This document shows, piece after piece, positions 3,033 through 4,274 of a DNA stretch of 4,274 bases (the first letter of the stretch is position 1; the number at the start of each line of letters is the position of its first letter). The notes below the pieces were generated by a model. It ran no database searches. It was not told the origin of the DNA and worked only from the letters and a program-made list of their open reading frames with translations. This stretch comes from a virus (Duplodnaviria > Heunggongvirae > Uroviricota > Caudoviricetes), in IMG/VR virus record IMGVR_UViG_2690316115_000023; one strand, given 5' to 3'. Position numbers and translations under genes: made by a program.

Positions 3033-4274
3033 CTACACGGCTCGGATACCCCTTTTACCACTGGCGAGGGTTACGCCCGTCGCCGCAGCCTCGACAAATT
3101 CGCCCCACCAGCGCATCAGCACGATGCGTTTTTCTATGTAGTTGCTCCGGTTGTATGCCCGTCTAACTTCGTTGGTGTCGACGTGGGCAAGTGCCGCCTC
3201 TATTACGTCCGGCTCGAATCCTTCCTCGTTCGCTGCTGTGCTGAATATGGCGCGTAATCCATGAGACACCAGCACGCCAGCGAATCCCATACGCCGCAAT
3301 GCTGCGTTAGCTGTCTGGCTGTTCATCGGCTGCTGTGGGTCTTTCAGACTTGGGAAAACGTAATTGCGGTGGTGGCTGATTGGTTTCATGGCCTCCAGCA
3401 CCGCCATAGCCTGACCGGAAAGCGGGATAACGTGATCCCTGCGCATCTTCATACGTCCGGCAGGTATCGTCCATTGCTTCGCGTCCAGGTTGATTTCATC
3501 CCACCGCGTTGATGACGCTTCGGCGGGACGGGTTACGGTCAGTAACTGCCATTCAATCAGTAATCTGGTCTGCCGTTCTGTTGCCGATACTGATAAAGCC
3601 TGCATAAGCTCCGGCAGCTGTTCGGGGCGGATTGTTGGCATATGTTTTTTTACAGGTGAGGGAAACGCCTTACGCACATTCATAGCCGGATTGGCATCAA
3701 TCAGCCCACTGTTGGCGGCGTAATCCATTACCTCATTAACGCGCTGTAAAACCCGCTTGAGTGTTTCCAGGTTGCCGCGCTCCTTGATGGGGGTAAGCAC
3801 TTCAACGAACCTTCGGGCGGTGAGGGTATCTATTGGCGTGTTGCCGATGAACGGGAATACATATTTATCCAGCGAACGCCAGATGTCTTTAATCGTGTTG
3901 GGGGCCAGATTCTGGCTGATTTTCACCTGGTACCATGCCGCCGCCACATTTTCGAACGTGTTCCCTTGTCTTCGGGCCTCTGTCTCTCTTTTTTGCCTCT
4001 CGTGGTCCTGCGGGTCAGTTCCGGCACTGATTAACGTCCTGTACTCGCTACGGCGTTTTCTGGCATCAGCCAGGGAAACATCTTCAAGCGATCCAAAACT
4101 CAGCAATATTCTTTTTTTGTCCGATGGTCGGTAGTAGGAAAATCTCCAGAGTTTTGATCCAGACGGTTTGACCAGGAGAAAAAGCCCTCCGCCGTCCTGC
4201 AGGGTGTACTCCTTTTGCGCTGGTCTGGCTGCTTTGATCTGCACTGTGGTTAATGGGTGTGTTTTTCTCACCAT
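3033..4274 (-). CDS. int: Site-specific tyrosine recombinase, P4-type phage integrase family (413 aa)
   Basis: The N-terminus (KEYTLQDGGGLFLLVKPSGSKLWRFSY) is the typical P4-like integrase arm-binding region. The C-terminal catalytic domain carries TVTRPAEA (box I Arg), SHGLRAIFST (HxxR) and LAHV...RAYNRSNY (His and catalytic Tyr). ATG at 4274..4272, TAG stop at 3035..3033. The RBS and promoter lie outside the window. Confidence 0.95.
   Translation of the reverse strand: MVRKTHPLTTVQIKAARPAQKEYTLQDGGGLFLLVKPSGSKLWRFSYYRPSDKKRILLSFGSLEDVSLADARKRRSEYRTLISAGTDPQDHERQKRETEARRQGNTFENVAAAWYQVKISQNLAPNTIKDIWRSLDKYVFPFIGNTPIDTLTARRFVEVLTPIKERGNLETLKRVLQRVNEVMDYAANSGLIDANPAMNVRKAFPSPVKKHMPTIRPEQLPELMQALSVSATERQTRLLIEWQLLTVTRPAEASSTRWDEINLDAKQWTIPAGRMKMRRDHVIPLSGQAMAVLEAMKPISHHRNYVFPSLKDPQQPMNSQTANAALRRMGFAGVLVSHGLRAIFSTAANEEGFEPDVIEAALAHVDTNEVRRAYNRSNYIEKRIVLMRWWGEFVEAAATGVTLASGKRGIRAV

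Larger units (their letters stand above)
1..4274 (-). mobile_element. Interior of an integrase-associated integrative island (PICI / cryptic-prophage-like); the window does not reach either boundary
   Basis: A tyrosine integrase, an AlpA-family regulator and a coupled operon of small accessory ORFs all lie on the same strand, bounded by intrinsic terminators. No att or tRNA is visible; the integrase start sits at the right edge. Confidence 0.7.

Noticed and set aside
2875-4134. Plus-strand ORFs antisense to the integrase (2875..3141, 3261..3512, 3490..3723, 3757..4134)
   Set aside because: They lie entirely within or overlap the high-confidence integrase gene on the opposite strand and have no start signals. 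They are shadow ORFs.
1-4274. CRISPR array, tRNA or rRNA genes, att site
   Set aside because: No regularly spaced direct repeats with unique spacers, no cloverleaf-like tRNA sequence and no rRNA-like segment was seen. The att site is expected outside the window, next to the integrase 5-prime end.

Overview
The whole window appears to be the integrase-proximal end of an enterobacterial-type integrative island (satellite/PICI-like or cryptic-prophage-like). Nearly everything is on the minus strand. From right to left: a complete P4-family tyrosine integrase (3033..4274), a small ORF with its own terminator (2704..2955), an AlpA/Vis-family HTH regulator (2330..2536), then a tightly packed, translationally coupled operon of small proteins (1624 down to the window start). 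That operon opens with two tandem paralogous domains I tentatively recognise as Icd-like, fused in one reading frame, followed by three mutually paralogous ~73-77 aa proteins, a DUF4222-like protein and a partial gene. Between alpA and the operon sits the only plus-strand unit: a ribbon-helix-helix protein plus a small basic ORF, preceded by two AGGTG-AC-CACCT palindromes and bracketed by plus-strand intrinsic terminators. No rRNA, tRNA, CRISPR array or att site was found; the att/tRNA is expected beyond the right edge. Most small proteins have no function I can assign from sequence; the candidates for something undescribed are the terminator-bracketed RHH module and the paralogous small-protein array. 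All calls rest on reading the sequence and on recalled family motifs; no database search was run.
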